Below are positions 18,607 through 29,428 of a DNA stretch of 64,000 nt, one piece after another (within the stretch, counting starts at the first letter, position 1; every line of letters starts with the position of its first letter). The notes beneath the pieces are model-generated. The model was given only the letters and a program-made list of their open reading frames with translations. It ran no database searches and was not told the origin of the DNA. The stretch is from NCBI GenBank assembly GCA_045634865.1, contig JAZRBB010000002.1:197162-261161 (forward strand). The letters are read 5' to 3'. This DNA comes from Candidatus Enterousia sp. GTDB taxonomy: Bacteria; Pseudomonadota; Alphaproteobacteria; Rs-D84. Both the position numbers and the translations under genes were made by a program.

Positions 18607-19731
18607 TTATTCTGCTGAAATATCAGATGCAATTATGCTGGCAGGATTTTGATTTCCATGTTTCCATTTTGTGTCTGCACTTTTCAATTCTGCAATCATT
18701 TGTTTTCTGGCCAATGGCAAAGTCAATTGTTGCAAGCAATTTATTATATTATACGATGTGGCATTGCGTCCCAGTAATTCAGGATATATCATCTTGTTCA
18801 TCAATATATTTACCAAAGACACCCATTTAATTTTCAATAATATATGCCCCAACATTATTGTCAAAGGATTCATTTTATAAACAACGATTGCAGGTATATG
18901 CATTATTGCCAACTCTGCAGAAACCGTTCCGCTGGCCACTATCGCAATATATGTATTTGCATATAAATCATAGCGTTGACTTGCGGGTATTATTGTCGGT
19001 TTGATTTTCCAATTTTTAATATCTTTCTTTATATAGGCGTCTGTTGTTTCCACAGTCGGAATAACATATTTATAATCGCGATAACCACAATCAAACAACA
19101 TATCGACAGTCTTGTGAAACACCGGCAACAATTTTTTTACTTCGTTCATACGACTGCCCGGAACCAAAGTGATTATTTTGTCTTTCGATTCGGTTGCTAC
19201 AAACTTATCCAATCCATCTGCAATTGGATGTCCAACAGCGACTGTATTCAATCCATATTTGGTAAAATAGGGCACCTCGAAATCAAAAAAAGCATATAAT
19301 TTATCAAAAATTTTAGCGTATTTTTTTGCCCGCCATTTTCCCCACGCCCAAACCTGGGGCGCAACAACATGATAAAACCGCATAGATTCAGAATTGTTTT
19401 GCTTTCTGACCTGTTTCACAACAGATTTTGCAAATCCTGGCGAATCTATGGTTAAAACAACATCTGGTTTTTCTTGTAATATGGCATTTACTGTTTCTTT
19501 GATACGACTTGTCAAAGTCTTGGCATGCGCCAATACCTCAAATACACCCAAAACAGATAAATCAGACATCGGAAATAAAGATTGCAGTCCCATTTGTTGC
19601 ATATGTTGACCACCAATGCCAACAAATTTAACATCGGGCATCTCACGCATAATTTTAGCGCCCAGGACATCGCCTGAAACCTCTCCTGCGATAATAAAAA
19701 TCTTTTTCGGGGCAGATTTAGTGTTTGTCAT
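18607..19731 (-). CDS. lpxB: Lipid-A-disaccharide synthase
   Basis: N-terminus KIFIIAGEVSGDVLGAKIMREM...VGIGG and ~375 aa length match LpxB (GT19). Confidence 0.85.
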   Translation of the reverse strand: MTNTKSAPKKIFIIAGEVSGDVLGAKIMREMPDVKFVGIGGQHMQQMGLQSLFPMSDLSVLGVFEVLAHAKTLTSRIKETVNAILQEKPDVVLTIDSPGFAKSVVKQVRKQNNSESMRFYHVVAPQVWAWGKWRAKKYAKIFDKLYAFFDFEVPYFTKYGLNTVAVGHPIADGLDKFVATESKDKIITLVPGSRMNEVKKLLPVFHKTVDMLFDCGYRDYKYVIPTVETTDAYIKKDIKNWKIKPTIIPASQRYDLYANTYIAIVASGTVSAELAIMHIPAIVVYKMNPLTIMLGHILLKIKWVSLVNILMNKMIYPELLGRNATSYNIINCLQQLTLPLARKQMIAELKSADTKWKHGNQNPASIIASDISAE

Positions 19732-20539
19732 TTGCTGTTCTTATACCGCGTTTAGAACGATTTTCGATAAAATCAATCGCGTCCATTGCGTATTTGTTAT
19801 TTTTTACTTCTTTGCGAATTTTGTTCAGCTTGTCTGATACAGTACTGGTATCTGAATCACAACACCCAAACACAGAACAATACACATTATGAATTGCATG
19901 CATATCTTCGTTTGTAAAGCCATGACGCATTAAACCAACACGATTTATTGTTCGATATGTTGCACGTGCACCGTTGGCCCCTTCGTAAATAGCATAAGGC
20001 AAAACATCATCACCGACGCCACTCATCCCGCTAATAAAAGCATTACGGCCGATTCGAACAAATTGCAGTACCATCACACCGCCAGACAATATAGCATAAT
20101 CTTCGATTTCTACATGGCCGGCAACCTGAACCAAATTAGACATAACAACACCATTACCAATCTTGCAATCATGACCGACATGTGCGTTAACCATAATCTG
20201 ACAATCGTCGCCAATTTCTGTCCCGTCTGATGCAGGTGTTCCAGAATGAATTGTCACATATTCACGAATTTTGCATCTTTTTCCGATACGCAAACCTGTC
20301 ATTGTGGTTTCATCTTGCCATTTCAGGTCCTGACTCATCACGCCGAGAACCGCGAATGGATAAACAATAGAATCATCACCAATTGATGTTTTCCCGTCAA
20401 TTACAACATTGGAAACCAATTCAACACGATCACCCAAAACAACATTTGAACCAACAATGCAAAAAGGTCCGATTTTGCAGTCTTTACCAATGATTGCGCC
20501 TGGTTTAATAATCGCGCTGGGGTCTATAACACTAGCCAT
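19718..20539 (-). CDS. lpxA: Acyl-ACP--UDP-N-acetylglucosamine O-acyltransferase
   Basis: Left-handed beta-helix hexapeptide repeats (IDPSAIIKPGAIIGKDCKIGPFCIVGSNVVLGDRVEL...). 273 aa. Overlaps the lpxB start by 14 nt. Confidence 0.88.
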   Translation of the reverse strand: MASVIDPSAIIKPGAIIGKDCKIGPFCIVGSNVVLGDRVELVSNVVIDGKTSIGDDSIVYPFAVLGVMSQDLKWQDETTMTGLRIGKRCKIREYVTIHSGTPASDGTEIGDDCQIMVNAHVGHDCKIGNGVVMSNLVQVAGHVEIEDYAILSGGVMVLQFVRIGRNAFISGMSGVGDDVLPYAIYEGANGARATYRTINRVGLMRHGFTNEDMHAIHNVYCSVFGCCDSDTSTVSDKLNKIRKEVKNNKYAMDAIDFIENRSKRGIRTANDKH

Positions 20540-20619
20540 CTTTCATCCATTTTTTATTATTATTTACATCATATTATATGGGAAAAACGCATAAAAATAT
20601 ATTCAATAAATATAACAAA

Positions 20620-21615
20620 TTATAACAAACGCAAAAAATCTTTGACGCTGATTTGTTTAGAAACAAATGTCAAATATACAATCCCAAGTGCACTGATTAC
20701 AGGACATATAATTATTACCCCAAAACAAATCATCAGCATCGCCCACGATTGCCTAGACACAACATCTGACAATTTTGCGCTGTGATATACAGACAATGCT
20801 TCCAACAACCAAACACAAATCAACAATCCGATAAATACAGGTACTGATTCTGTAGCAATAAATAAAATCAAAGCCAGCAAGGCAAGAATCCTGAACAACC
20901 ACTTTAATTTGATAAATGCGCTTTGACGAATCCTGGCGCGCGCATTAGTGTATTTTGTTACCAAGGTAGTCACTGCAAAAAATCCAACAATCATAACGCC
21001 TACCAAGTGAATCAATGTCAAATTTCCCAACTGCCCAAATCTGAAATATTCAGGCTGCATTAAAATTAAGGTTGTCATCACAGCAAAAATCAATGTTGTC
21101 ATAGAAACCCAAGACCGATTAGTCTTTGACCGACAACCAACAATTGCCCCACATAAAATCGCGCTGACTTGCAACAATATTCCCCACCAAGTCATCATTC
21201 CTGAAAACACAGCACCAAGCAATATAGCAAAAAACAACACCCATTTTAATTTGCTGACACGCAATTTTTCCATATACTTTAATCGAACCATACCATTTGA
21301 AACAACAATCATAAGTAAAAATAAAATTACAGCCAAACCCAAAGACAGACACGACATACTGTCACGTATTACCGCATAATTCCCACCAAATAACAGCAAC
21401 CAAAACATCAAAAATACTGATGACCAGAACCCAGTTTGTGATTCCACATTCTGATTATTCCAACCAAAACGCGACACAAAATCACGTCCATATAAATAGA
21501 CCACAAAGAACAAAGGCAAAGCCAATAAACCCGCAGAAAAAAACAACGGATTCAGCAATGCCGCATTATTAAAAGAACTGACTGCTGTCGTAGCTATAAG
21601 AATATCGTTCAACAT
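20620..21615 (-). CDS. Hypothetical polytopic inner-membrane protein (about 10 transmembrane helices)
   Basis: Highly hydrophobic 331-aa ORF immediately upstream of lpxA on the same strand. No family motif recognised. Confidence 0.5.
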   Translation of the reverse strand: MLNDILIATTAVSSFNNAALLNPLFFSAGLLALPLFFVVYLYGRDFVSRFGWNNQNVESQTGFWSSVFLMFWLLLFGGNYAVIRDSMSCLSLGLAVILFLLMIVVSNGMVRLKYMEKLRVSKLKWVLFFAILLGAVFSGMMTWWGILLQVSAILCGAIVGCRSKTNRSWVSMTTLIFAVMTTLILMQPEYFRFGQLGNLTLIHLVGVMIVGFFAVTTLVTKYTNARARIRQSAFIKLKWLFRILALLALILFIATESVPVFIGLLICVWLLEALSVYHSAKLSDVVSRQSWAMLMICFGVIIICPVISALGIVYLTFVSKQISVKDFLRLL

Positions 21616-21626
21616 TTACTTGCCTT

Positions 21627-22340
21627 TTGTCTTTCCTGAATTATTATATAGGTATGTCAGAAAAACAAGGAAATTTTACATTATTAAACGGTCGCGTTAT
21701 TATGAAACGCGGTATATATAATCCGACTTCTGATGCCGTCTGGTTGGCAGCATATGCACCAAATACGGCAAAAACTGTTTTAGATGTTGGTATTGGCACC
21801 GGCGGGGTGTCTTTGTGTCTAATGACACATAACCCAAATGCGAATTATACAGGAATCGATATTTCACAAGAAATGCTGAATGCATGCAAAGAAAATGCAG
21901 AACTGAATAACAGACAAATAAATCTGATAAACACAAACATTTTAGATTGGTCTACAACCGAAACTTTTGATTTAGTTATAACAAACCCACCTTATTTTAA
22001 TGGAACACCTGCAAATCATCATGCGCACCATGGAATTGATATTGTTAAATGGGTGAAGCACAGCGCTGCACGCGTCAAACCGTCTGGACACTTTTGTATT
22101 ATATCTGATGCCAAAACAACTGATAACATAATATCTGCATTAAAAAGCAAAAACTTTGGGGATATTCAGATTTTTCCATTATTCAGTAATAAAAATACCG
22201 CCGAACGCGTATTAATTCGTGCAAAGCAGGGCGTAAAAACGGGTTCCACGATATATTCTGGGACAAATATGAATAATGAATCAATTTTACGCTCAGGCTT
22301 GACTATTGATATGTTATTGGCTAACATTAGTGCACAATGA
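21627..22340 (+). CDS. SAM-dependent methyltransferase with NPPY motif (TrmN6/YfiC-like N6-adenine MTase family)
   Basis: Motif I VLDVGIGTGGVS and motif IV DLVITNPPYF. Confidence 0.65.
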   Translation: MSFLNYYIGMSEKQGNFTLLNGRVIMKRGIYNPTSDAVWLAAYAPNTAKTVLDVGIGTGGVSLCLMTHNPNANYTGIDISQEMLNACKENAELNNRQINLINTNILDWSTTETFDLVITNPPYFNGTPANHHAHHGIDIVKWVKHSAARVKPSGHFCIISDAKTTDNIISALKSKNFGDIQIFPLFSNKNTAERVLIRAKQGVKTGSTIYSGTNMNNESILRSGLTIDMLLANISAQ

Positions 22341-23626
22341 TAAGTTTCATAGCAAGATATTTTTCGTCTTTGTGGGAACTGTTGACAGCGCCTTTTCGTG
22401 CGATATGGCGCGGTATTTCTGCATTATTTCCGCCACGCGACTGCACAGTTATGGATACCCCAGACGGCAGTGTTCACACATATCAGCAAAGCAGTTTTTG
22501 GCGTTTTGCCAAGTTCTGCGTAATTGTCACTATGTCTATATGGGCAGCATGGGCAACTTATGTTTATGTTTATCACAGACCATTATTGCAAAAACGCACA
22601 CAACAACTGGAACAGGCGCGCAATCAACATTATCGTCAAATGTCTGATTTGAAGGTATATCTAAAAAAATACAACGAATTGACACGCAGTTTGACTGCGA
22701 CAGATGATAAAATACTGAAAGCAGACAAAGAAAAACTATCTGATTCAGAAAAAGACAATTTATTAAACACAAAATCAAAAATTGCTGGTGAACTAGATTT
22801 CTTGCATACCCGAATTTCTGAAATGATGGAAGATGAACACTATACACCTGAATTTGAGAAAATAGCCGAAATATCTTTGGAATTTGAATTGGTTCGTAAT
22901 GAAAATGATTCTATAAAACAGAGAAATCAGGAAATAACAGAATCTTTTAATGAGATTTCTGAAGCAGATCAACAAATCATTGATACTGTATCAAAAATGA
23001 CATCTGATAATATCAAAGAGTTAAGAAATCAATTAAAACGCATAAATACCAGTATCACCAAACTTGGCCTGAACGAAACAAAAATGATTGAAAAAGCCAA
23101 CGATTATTCCAGTCCTTTTGTTGGTGGCGCATATAAACCAATTGAAATAAAGAAAAATGCCAACATAAAATACAAAAAAATAGCCAAAGATTTGGAACAA
23201 TGGCATGGCCTAAATAGATTAACCGAAATGTTGCCATTGGGTGCACCGGTCGAAAAGAAGGTTATAACTTCACCATATGGAACACGCGCCGATCCATTTA
23301 CGGGCGAGAAAAAACAACACAAAGGCATCGATTTTTCTGGTAAAATCGGAACAGAATTATATGCTGTGGCACCTGGTCGCGTAATATCGGCAGGCGAAAG
23401 GCATGGCTATGGTACAACCGTTGAAATTGATCATGGGCTTGGCTTTACAACATTGTATGCGCATTTGTCTAAAACAATGGTTTCGCGTGGTGATGGTGTC
23501 AGACCTGGGACAGTTATCGGTTTAGGTGGCTCGTCTGGTCGTTCTACTGGTCCACACTTGCATTATGAAATAAGATACAAAGGAAACCCATTTAACCCAA
23601 TTAACTTTGTAAAAGAAAAAGACTAA
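22337..23626 (+). CDS. M23 family metallopeptidase with N-terminal transmembrane segment and coiled coil (EnvC/LytM-like)
   Basis: C-terminal HKGIDFSG...YAHLS...GSSGRSTGPHLHYEIR is the LytM domain. Long coiled-coil region before it. Start overlaps the upstream stop (ATGA). Confidence 0.8.
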   Translation: MISFIARYFSSLWELLTAPFRAIWRGISALFPPRDCTVMDTPDGSVHTYQQSSFWRFAKFCVIVTMSIWAAWATYVYVYHRPLLQKRTQQLEQARNQHYRQMSDLKVYLKKYNELTRSLTATDDKILKADKEKLSDSEKDNLLNTKSKIAGELDFLHTRISEMMEDEHYTPEFEKIAEISLEFELVRNENDSIKQRNQEITESFNEISEADQQIIDTVSKMTSDNIKELRNQLKRINTSITKLGLNETKMIEKANDYSSPFVGGAYKPIEIKKNANIKYKKIAKDLEQWHGLNRLTEMLPLGAPVEKKVITSPYGTRADPFTGEKKQHKGIDFSGKIGTELYAVAPGRVISAGERHGYGTTVEIDHGLGFTTLYAHLSKTMVSRGDGVRPGTVIGLGGSSGRSTGPHLHYEIRYKGNPFNPINFVKEKD

Positions 23627-23637
23627 GGAAGGAAAAC

Positions 23638-23988
23638 ATGTTGGCATTTACAAACGCAGACGAAAAAAAATCCCCAACAATTATTGGGGCAGGTTGCAAT
23701 CTGAAAGGTGACATAAATACCGATCATACCGTTCAGATTCATGGCACAGTTAAGGGAAATATTGTCGCTGAAACACTTGTAATTGGACGTGGTGGTATTG
23801 TTCATGGCAATATCAAGGCGCAAACTTTGTTTTTGCATGGAACCTTAGATGGCGACGCAGTAATAAATGTTGCGAACGTTTTCGCTAATGCAGAAATGTC
23901 AGGAACACTTTCTTATAAAACTCTGAATATAACATGCAATACTGGTCTGGAATGCAAATTATCTAAACGAAAGGAAGATACAAAATGA
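23638..23988 (+). CDS. Bactofilin (polymer-forming cytoskeletal protein, DUF583)
   Basis: Beta-helical repeats HGTVKGNIVAETLVIGRGGIVHGNIKAQTLFLHGTLDGDAVIN are typical of bactofilin. Confidence 0.75.
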   Translation: MLAFTNADEKKSPTIIGAGCNLKGDINTDHTVQIHGTVKGNIVAETLVIGRGGIVHGNIKAQTLFLHGTLDGDAVINVANVFANAEMSGTLSYKTLNITCNTGLECKLSKRKEDTK

Positions 23989-24434
23989 GCAACCAAGATA
24001 TCACAACCGTTTATTTGGCCGCAGACCATCGTGGGGTAGGGCTGAAATTATATCTGTATGAAATGTTGATGGCGGACGGTTATCATGTTGTCGATTTAGG
24101 GACAAATGATTTGAATACGCCTGTCGATTTTCCTGATATTGCAAAAAAATTGGCAGATGAAATGCTGGATGATTCACAATCACGCGGTATTTTAATTTGC
24201 GGAACAGGGGCTGGCATGGAAATTGCTGCGAATCGGTACCGTCATATTCGTGCATCACGTTGTGAAAGACCAGAACAGGCACGCGACGATCGTTTTCATG
24301 ACGACATAAACGTTTTAACTTTGGCTGCGGACGATATAGACATTGAAATTGCGTTTTTATGCGCACAGTCTTTTTTGGAAAGTCCATTTGACAACTGTGA
24401 AAAACGTATCCGCAGAATTGAAAAAATATCATAA
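23985..24434 (+). CDS. rpiB: Ribose-5-phosphate isomerase B (RpiB/LacA/LacB family)
   Basis: TVYLAADHRGVGLK...ILICGTGAGMEIAANR is the RpiB signature. 149 aa. 4-nt overlap with the bactofilin gene. Confidence 0.8.
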   Translation: MSNQDITTVYLAADHRGVGLKLYLYEMLMADGYHVVDLGTNDLNTPVDFPDIAKKLADEMLDDSQSRGILICGTGAGMEIAANRYRHIRASRCERPEQARDDRFHDDINVLTLAADDIDIEIAFLCAQSFLESPFDNCEKRIRRIEKIS

Positions 24435-24436
24435 AA

Positions 24437-24466
24437 AACACCCCGCAAAATGCGGGGGATTTTTTA
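24437..24466 (+). terminator. Rho-independent terminator after rpiB
   Basis: aaaaacaccccgcAAAAtgcgggggatttttt. Confidence 0.75.
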
Positions 24467-24474
24467 TATAGGGA

Positions 24475-25239
24475 TTATAAACTTTTGGCTTGTTCTCTTT
24501 TAATCATCTCTACTATATGATTTGTGGCTCTGCTGGCACGTTCTCTTTGCGAGGTCCAGTGATCATCCTCACGCTTAGGTGCCTTTTCTACACAGATACC
24601 AAGTAATTTATTTATCAAGTTAGCATTTGATTTTGCACGATACCAATCAGACTTTTCAACACTTTCCATAACCCAACTTAAACCATGTTTTATTTCGTCA
24701 GCATTTTTGTTTGCTTTTTTGTAATCTCGGGTTGCTATGATTTTTATCAAACCAATTGTATTCGAATCTATTGGTAATCCTGCCCCCAAAGCACCGGACA
24801 CATCATACAATGTTGCTTTTGGATTATAAGCCAATTTCTGTAACAATCTGTTACCCATTTCTTCTGGCAACCAAGACCACAAAGCTTTGAACATTATGTA
24901 TTCTTTGTCGTCCGACAACAAACACAACAAATCCATAACACGCTTACCGTATATTGTATGAACAAAATCAACTTTTTCTTTATCGGTTTTTTTCACATAT
25001 TCTGTTGCATTTTTCAGAACACTAAATGTTTTTATCAATTCTTTACAAGTTGATTGCAAACTTTCATCTTGTGGATTTTTTGCAACAATTTCATTAAAAG
25101 CGTCAAAGAAAATATTAATATTCAAATAATTCTTTGGGTTGTATGACGCAATAACTTTGTCAACCACAGCAATAAACACCTTGTCTTCCAAAGAATATGG
25201 TTTTCTGTGATACATTATAAAATCGTTTTGTTTATTCAT
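24475..25239 (-). CDS. Hypothetical cytoplasmic protein (254 aa from MNKQNDF)
   Basis: ORF with RBS AAGGGG 8 nt upstream of the ATG at 25239. No motif recognised. Confidence 0.5.
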   Translation of the reverse strand: MNKQNDFIMYHRKPYSLEDKVFIAVVDKVIASYNPKNYLNINIFFDAFNEIVAKNPQDESLQSTCKELIKTFSVLKNATEYVKKTDKEKVDFVHTIYGKRVMDLLCLLSDDKEYIMFKALWSWLPEEMGNRLLQKLAYNPKATLYDVSGALGAGLPIDSNTIGLIKIIATRDYKKANKNADEIKHGLSWVMESVEKSDWYRAKSNANLINKLLGICVEKAPKREDDHWTSQRERASRATNHIVEMIKREQAKSL

Positions 25240-25325
25240 AATTTTAACCCCTTGATTTTTTGGTTGCGTATAATATAGCCAAAATATTAAAAATGTCAAG
25301 ACTTATATTGTGTTTTTTTATAATA

Positions 25326-25352
25326 TGCAAAAAAACGCCCTGAAATCAGGGC
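25326..25352 (-). terminator. Rho-independent terminator downstream of leuS
   Basis: On the minus strand: cgccctgatttcagggcg followed by a T-run. Confidence 0.65.
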
Positions 25353-25359
25353 GTAATCA

Positions 25360-27759
25360 CTACTTTTTAATTACAAAATTGACCAATTTATTTGGAACAA
25401 CAATTGTTTTGATAATTGTTGCACCAGCCAATTGACGTTCTGCCGCCTTTTTGGCTGCTTCTATCAAATCAGATTCAGATATACCAACCGGTACAACAAA
25501 ATCATTTGCACGTTTACCATTTACAGAAACAACAATCGTCATATCACTGGCAACCAACTTTGATTCATCGTATGTTGGCCATGGCTCAAAGACCAATATA
25601 TCTTTGTGTCCCAACTTTTCCCACATTTCTTCGGTCAAATGTGGTGCAAAAGGATTCAACAACTGAATCAGTATTTCATAAGCCTTGCGTGGCATTTTAC
25701 CGCCTGGAAATTCGTTTATAAATTCCATCATCGCAGAAATAGAGGTATTAAAGCCCATATTTTCAATACGATTTGTGACATCCGCAATCAATTGATTTAC
25801 TAATCTATCTTGTTCTGGTGTTAATTCGTCATCTGTTAAATTGTCAGAAAAAGCCTCGATTCGTTTCAAGAACCTCTGAACACCAGCTAGTGCCCCTTCG
25901 GTCCAAACAGTATTGTTTTTCCACGGGCCCAAAGATAAAATAGTCACACGTGCAGAATCTGCACCGACCCTGTCCAATAATTCAGCAGTCATAAACCCAT
26001 TGTTACGCGATTTTGACATTTTATAGCCATCACTGCCCATCACCAAACCTTGCGCAGTACGTTTTGCATACGGCTCTGGGGTATTTACCAAACCCAAGTC
26101 ATATAATGCATGGTGCCAGAATCTTGAATAAATCAAATGACGCGTGTTATGTTCGTGTCCGCCATTATAATGATTGACTGGCATCCATTTTTCCATTTGT
26201 TCGCGCGAACAAAATTCTTTGTCATTTTTTGGATCAAGATATCTTAAATAATACCAAGATGATCCGGCCCACCCAGGCATAGTATCCGTTTCACGCTTTG
26301 CAGGTCCACCACATTTGGGGCAGGTTGTATTTACCCAATCTGTCGCACGTGCTAATGGGCTTTCCCCGTCATCAGTTGGACGATAATCCATCATATATGG
26401 TTGCATCAGCGGAAGCTGTGATTCTGGTACAGGTTGCCACCCACATTTTTCACAATAAACCAATGGAATTGGTTCACCCCAATACATTTGACGTGAAAAT
26501 CCCCAATCTTTCAATTTATACTTTGTTGCCCCACGTGCAAAACCATGTTCGGTTCCATATTTAATAGCAGCATCTATCGCTTCCTGTTTGCCCATACCGT
26601 TTAAGAAATCGGAATTGATATGTTCGCCATCACCTTCCCATACCTCGTCTGGTTTACCGCCAGCCAATACAGGAATAATCTTTAACCCAAACTTTTTTGC
26701 AAAATCCCAATCGCGCGAATCGTGTGCAGGCACCGCCATAATCGCACCAAAGCCATAGTCTGCCAACACATAATCAGATATAAATACTGGGGTTTCAACA
26801 CTGTTATATGGATTGATTGCTTTGATACCCTTTAATTCGACGCCTGTTTTTTCCTTGGTTGCATCAGTTCTTTCGATTTCAGATTTCGCCGCAGATTCTT
26901 TGATATACTTTTCAACTTCATCTTTATTTGTTATGCGACCTTCATCCAACCATTTACGAACCAATTTATGTTCAGGCGCCAACACACAGAATGTCACACC
27001 AAATATAGTATCAACACGCGTTGTATAAACCGTCATGATATCATCGCCAACCTTGAAATCAACCTCTGCCCCAGTTGACTTACCAATCATATTGATTTCG
27101 TCTTTCTTGATGCGTTCATCAAAATCAACATCTTTCAGACCATCTAATAATTTTTCCGCATAATCACCAAGACGCAAATTCCACTGCAATTTCAATTTCT
27201 TTTCAACCAAGCCATGACAACGATCACATTTACCATCTTCTAATTCTTCATTGGTCAAAGTAGTTTTGCAATTCGGGCACCAATTCATTGGTAATTCGGA
27301 TTTATACGCCAAGCCATTCTTGAAAAATTGTATAAACATCCATTGGGTCCATTTAATATATTCTGGATCAGAAGTCGCGACACGCGTTTCTGGGTCAACA
27401 GACCAACCAGCCTGGTCAATAACATTTGAATACGACTTTTTCAGATCTTCAGCAATTTCTGCAGGATGACGTCCAATTTTTGTGGCGTAATATTCCGCCG
27501 TAATTCCCATGGCATCAAATCCCATAGGCCACAACACATCATACCCCAAACGACGACGGAAACGGGACATAACATCCATACCTGTATAAACCAACATATG
27601 TCCAGCGTGTAAACCTGCACCCGATAAAAAAGGAAACTCTGTCAAACTGTAAAAACGTTTTTTAGAACCATCATCTTTTGGTATAAACGCACGTTCATCA
27701 CGCCAACGTTTTTGCCATTTGGCTTCACGTTCTTTTATTTTTTGCATTTCGTCAGACAT
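25360..27759 (-). CDS. leuS: Leucyl-tRNA synthetase
   Basis: HAGH class I motif (LHAGHMLVYTGMD). KMSKS present (YKMSKSRNN). LeuS-specific GSSWYYLRY. Start MSDEMQKI at 27759 with RBS AAAGGA. Confidence 0.88.
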   Translation of the reverse strand: MSDEMQKIKEREAKWQKRWRDERAFIPKDDGSKKRFYSLTEFPFLSGAGLHAGHMLVYTGMDVMSRFRRRLGYDVLWPMGFDAMGITAEYYATKIGRHPAEIAEDLKKSYSNVIDQAGWSVDPETRVATSDPEYIKWTQWMFIQFFKNGLAYKSELPMNWCPNCKTTLTNEELEDGKCDRCHGLVEKKLKLQWNLRLGDYAEKLLDGLKDVDFDERIKKDEINMIGKSTGAEVDFKVGDDIMTVYTTRVDTIFGVTFCVLAPEHKLVRKWLDEGRITNKDEVEKYIKESAAKSEIERTDATKEKTGVELKGIKAINPYNSVETPVFISDYVLADYGFGAIMAVPAHDSRDWDFAKKFGLKIIPVLAGGKPDEVWEGDGEHINSDFLNGMGKQEAIDAAIKYGTEHGFARGATKYKLKDWGFSRQMYWGEPIPLVYCEKCGWQPVPESQLPLMQPYMMDYRPTDDGESPLARATDWVNTTCPKCGGPAKRETDTMPGWAGSSWYYLRYLDPKNDKEFCSREQMEKWMPVNHYNGGHEHNTRHLIYSRFWHHALYDLGLVNTPEPYAKRTAQGLVMGSDGYKMSKSRNNGFMTAELLDRVGADSARVTILSLGPWKNNTVWTEGALAGVQRFLKRIEAFSDNLTDDELTPEQDRLVNQLIADVTNRIENMGFNTSISAMMEFINEFPGGKMPRKAYEILIQLLNPFAPHLTEEMWEKLGHKDILVFEPWPTYDESKLVASDMTIVVSVNGKRANDFVVPVGISESDLIEAAKKAAERQLAGATIIKTIVVPNKLVNFVIKK

Positions 27760-27925
27760 AATTTTTCCTTTTTGGTTTATATTCAGGTTTAACTGAGCGA
27801 TTTTATATTGAATTGCTTGAAAAATCAAGTAATTTTACACAAAACCGCAGGGGATTATTCACAAAAAAATCGCCGATACGTTATGTACCAGCGATAAAAT
27901 AACCAATATCCACAAATTGTATCAT

Positions 27926-28399
27926 TTATTCCATTTTGATACTTTCTATGTCTTTGCCTTCTTCGATATAAAAGGTTGCCTGTGCATTTTTATCTGACTT
28001 TAAGTTGGCTTTGCCCGAAACCTTACCAATTTCTATCACAGTTGGGGCAGGCCCATAACAACCGAAAGTCAATGGCAAAATCATTCCAAACAGCAAAAAC
28101 ACAGAACCCAGAATCATATTGCCTGGCTTGTTATCTTTCTTGATCGTCAAAAACAGCAAATCAATAAACGCCCATACTGCGGACACAATAATTCCGACAA
28201 TCGTCAAATCCAATATAATAAACAGCCAACCCTGACCATTTTTCCCTTGGGCAAACTTATGGGCACCGACAAAGCCGAATAGGGCGCATAGTATAATCAG
28301 CCTTGCATTTTCAGTATCAAACCAAGAACAATCATTGTTCTCATTACGAACTTGTTTTTTTGCATTACGTTTCATAAACTCTCTCCTTTTTACACGCAT
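27926..28399 (-). CDS. TM2 domain-containing small membrane protein
   Basis: ILCALFGFVGAHKFAQGKNGQGWLFIILDLTIVG matches the TM2 domain pattern (GxHxF..G). Two transmembrane helices. Confidence 0.5.
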   Translation of the reverse strand: MRVKRREFMKRNAKKQVRNENNDCSWFDTENARLIILCALFGFVGAHKFAQGKNGQGWLFIILDLTIVGIIVSAVWAFIDLLFLTIKKDNKPGNMILGSVFLLFGMILPLTFGCYGPAPTVIEIGKVSGKANLKSDKNAQATFYIEEGKDIESIKME

Positions 28400-29244
28400 A
28401 AATTATACATTTTTTCACCCCAAAAAGCAAGTAATAGTTCGAGAACCAATTCTCCCTTTGGAGGGAGTACCGGCAAAGCCGGGGAGGGAGGGGAACTCAA
28501 AAAAAACTTTGATAGAAAAAATCCGATAAATATGTCAACAAGCGATTTATTTAACGAAAAATAGGGGACAAAGCGTCAAAAAAGCGTCGCAAACCTGCAG
28601 AAATCTAGGCTTTTTTTGCGATTTTGGGGACAAAATAGGGCACAAAACCCCAATTTTCAGCCATTTTGACCATTTTTTGATATTTTATGTAAAAATGCCT
28701 GTTTTATTATTAAATGCCCCGCACAACATAATTTATGGCACAAAAACGAAAACATAATAAAAAACAAAAAAATTATAAAAAATCAATTTTCAGAAAAACT
28801 TTTCAGATTTCCAATTTAACAAAACTTTATACAGCCACAAACACCCAGAAAACCGCCACTCTTTAGTATTTATGCAAAATTTGATATGAAACACAAATCG
28901 CCCCAGCCCGCACAAATCCGCAAAAAAAAATAATGATTGAATATATAAACCACATTCTTAATCGATTCTCTGCGATGTAAACATATAAACATACGATTGG
29001 AAACATTATAAGCCCAAAAACGCAATCAATTTTCAGCGACCTGAACCTATGATTATACAGTTAAATACAATCAGCAGGCTGAAAAATTCAACACACCAAA
29101 CCACCACAAAATCTGAACGAGATAAACATATAGATATATGATTGAAAACATTTATCTGGCTGATATCTGGCTGAAAATAAACCCATAATATGTGCCAACA
29201 AAGTTTGTTTATGTGCACCAGCATATACATTATATATCAATGTG

Positions 29245-29342
29245 TTATATTATGTATAGTTGTGTATGCAACAGCATATGATTGTTGTTATATTATGTAT
29301 AGTTTAGGAGTCCCCCCAGACGACTAAACTATACATAATATA
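29245..29342. repeat. 17-bp perfect inverted repeat (tatattatgtatagttt / aaactatacataatata) with a 20-nt loop aggagtccccccagacgact, plus an upstream direct copy of one arm
   Basis: Read directly: arms at 29289-29305 and 29326-29342. Extra direct copy at 29245-29261. Confidence 0.8.
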
Positions 29343-29396
29343 CATTATGCGCCTTTTATATATTCATCTATCAACACACCACTCCATAAAAAAACA

Positions 29397-29428
29397 CCGC
29401 CCGAAAAAGGACGGTGTTTTTTTCAATT
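29397..29428. terminator. Bidirectional rho-independent terminator (also serves mscL)
   Basis: aaaaaaacaccgcccGAAAAAggacggtgttttttt. Confidence 0.65.
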
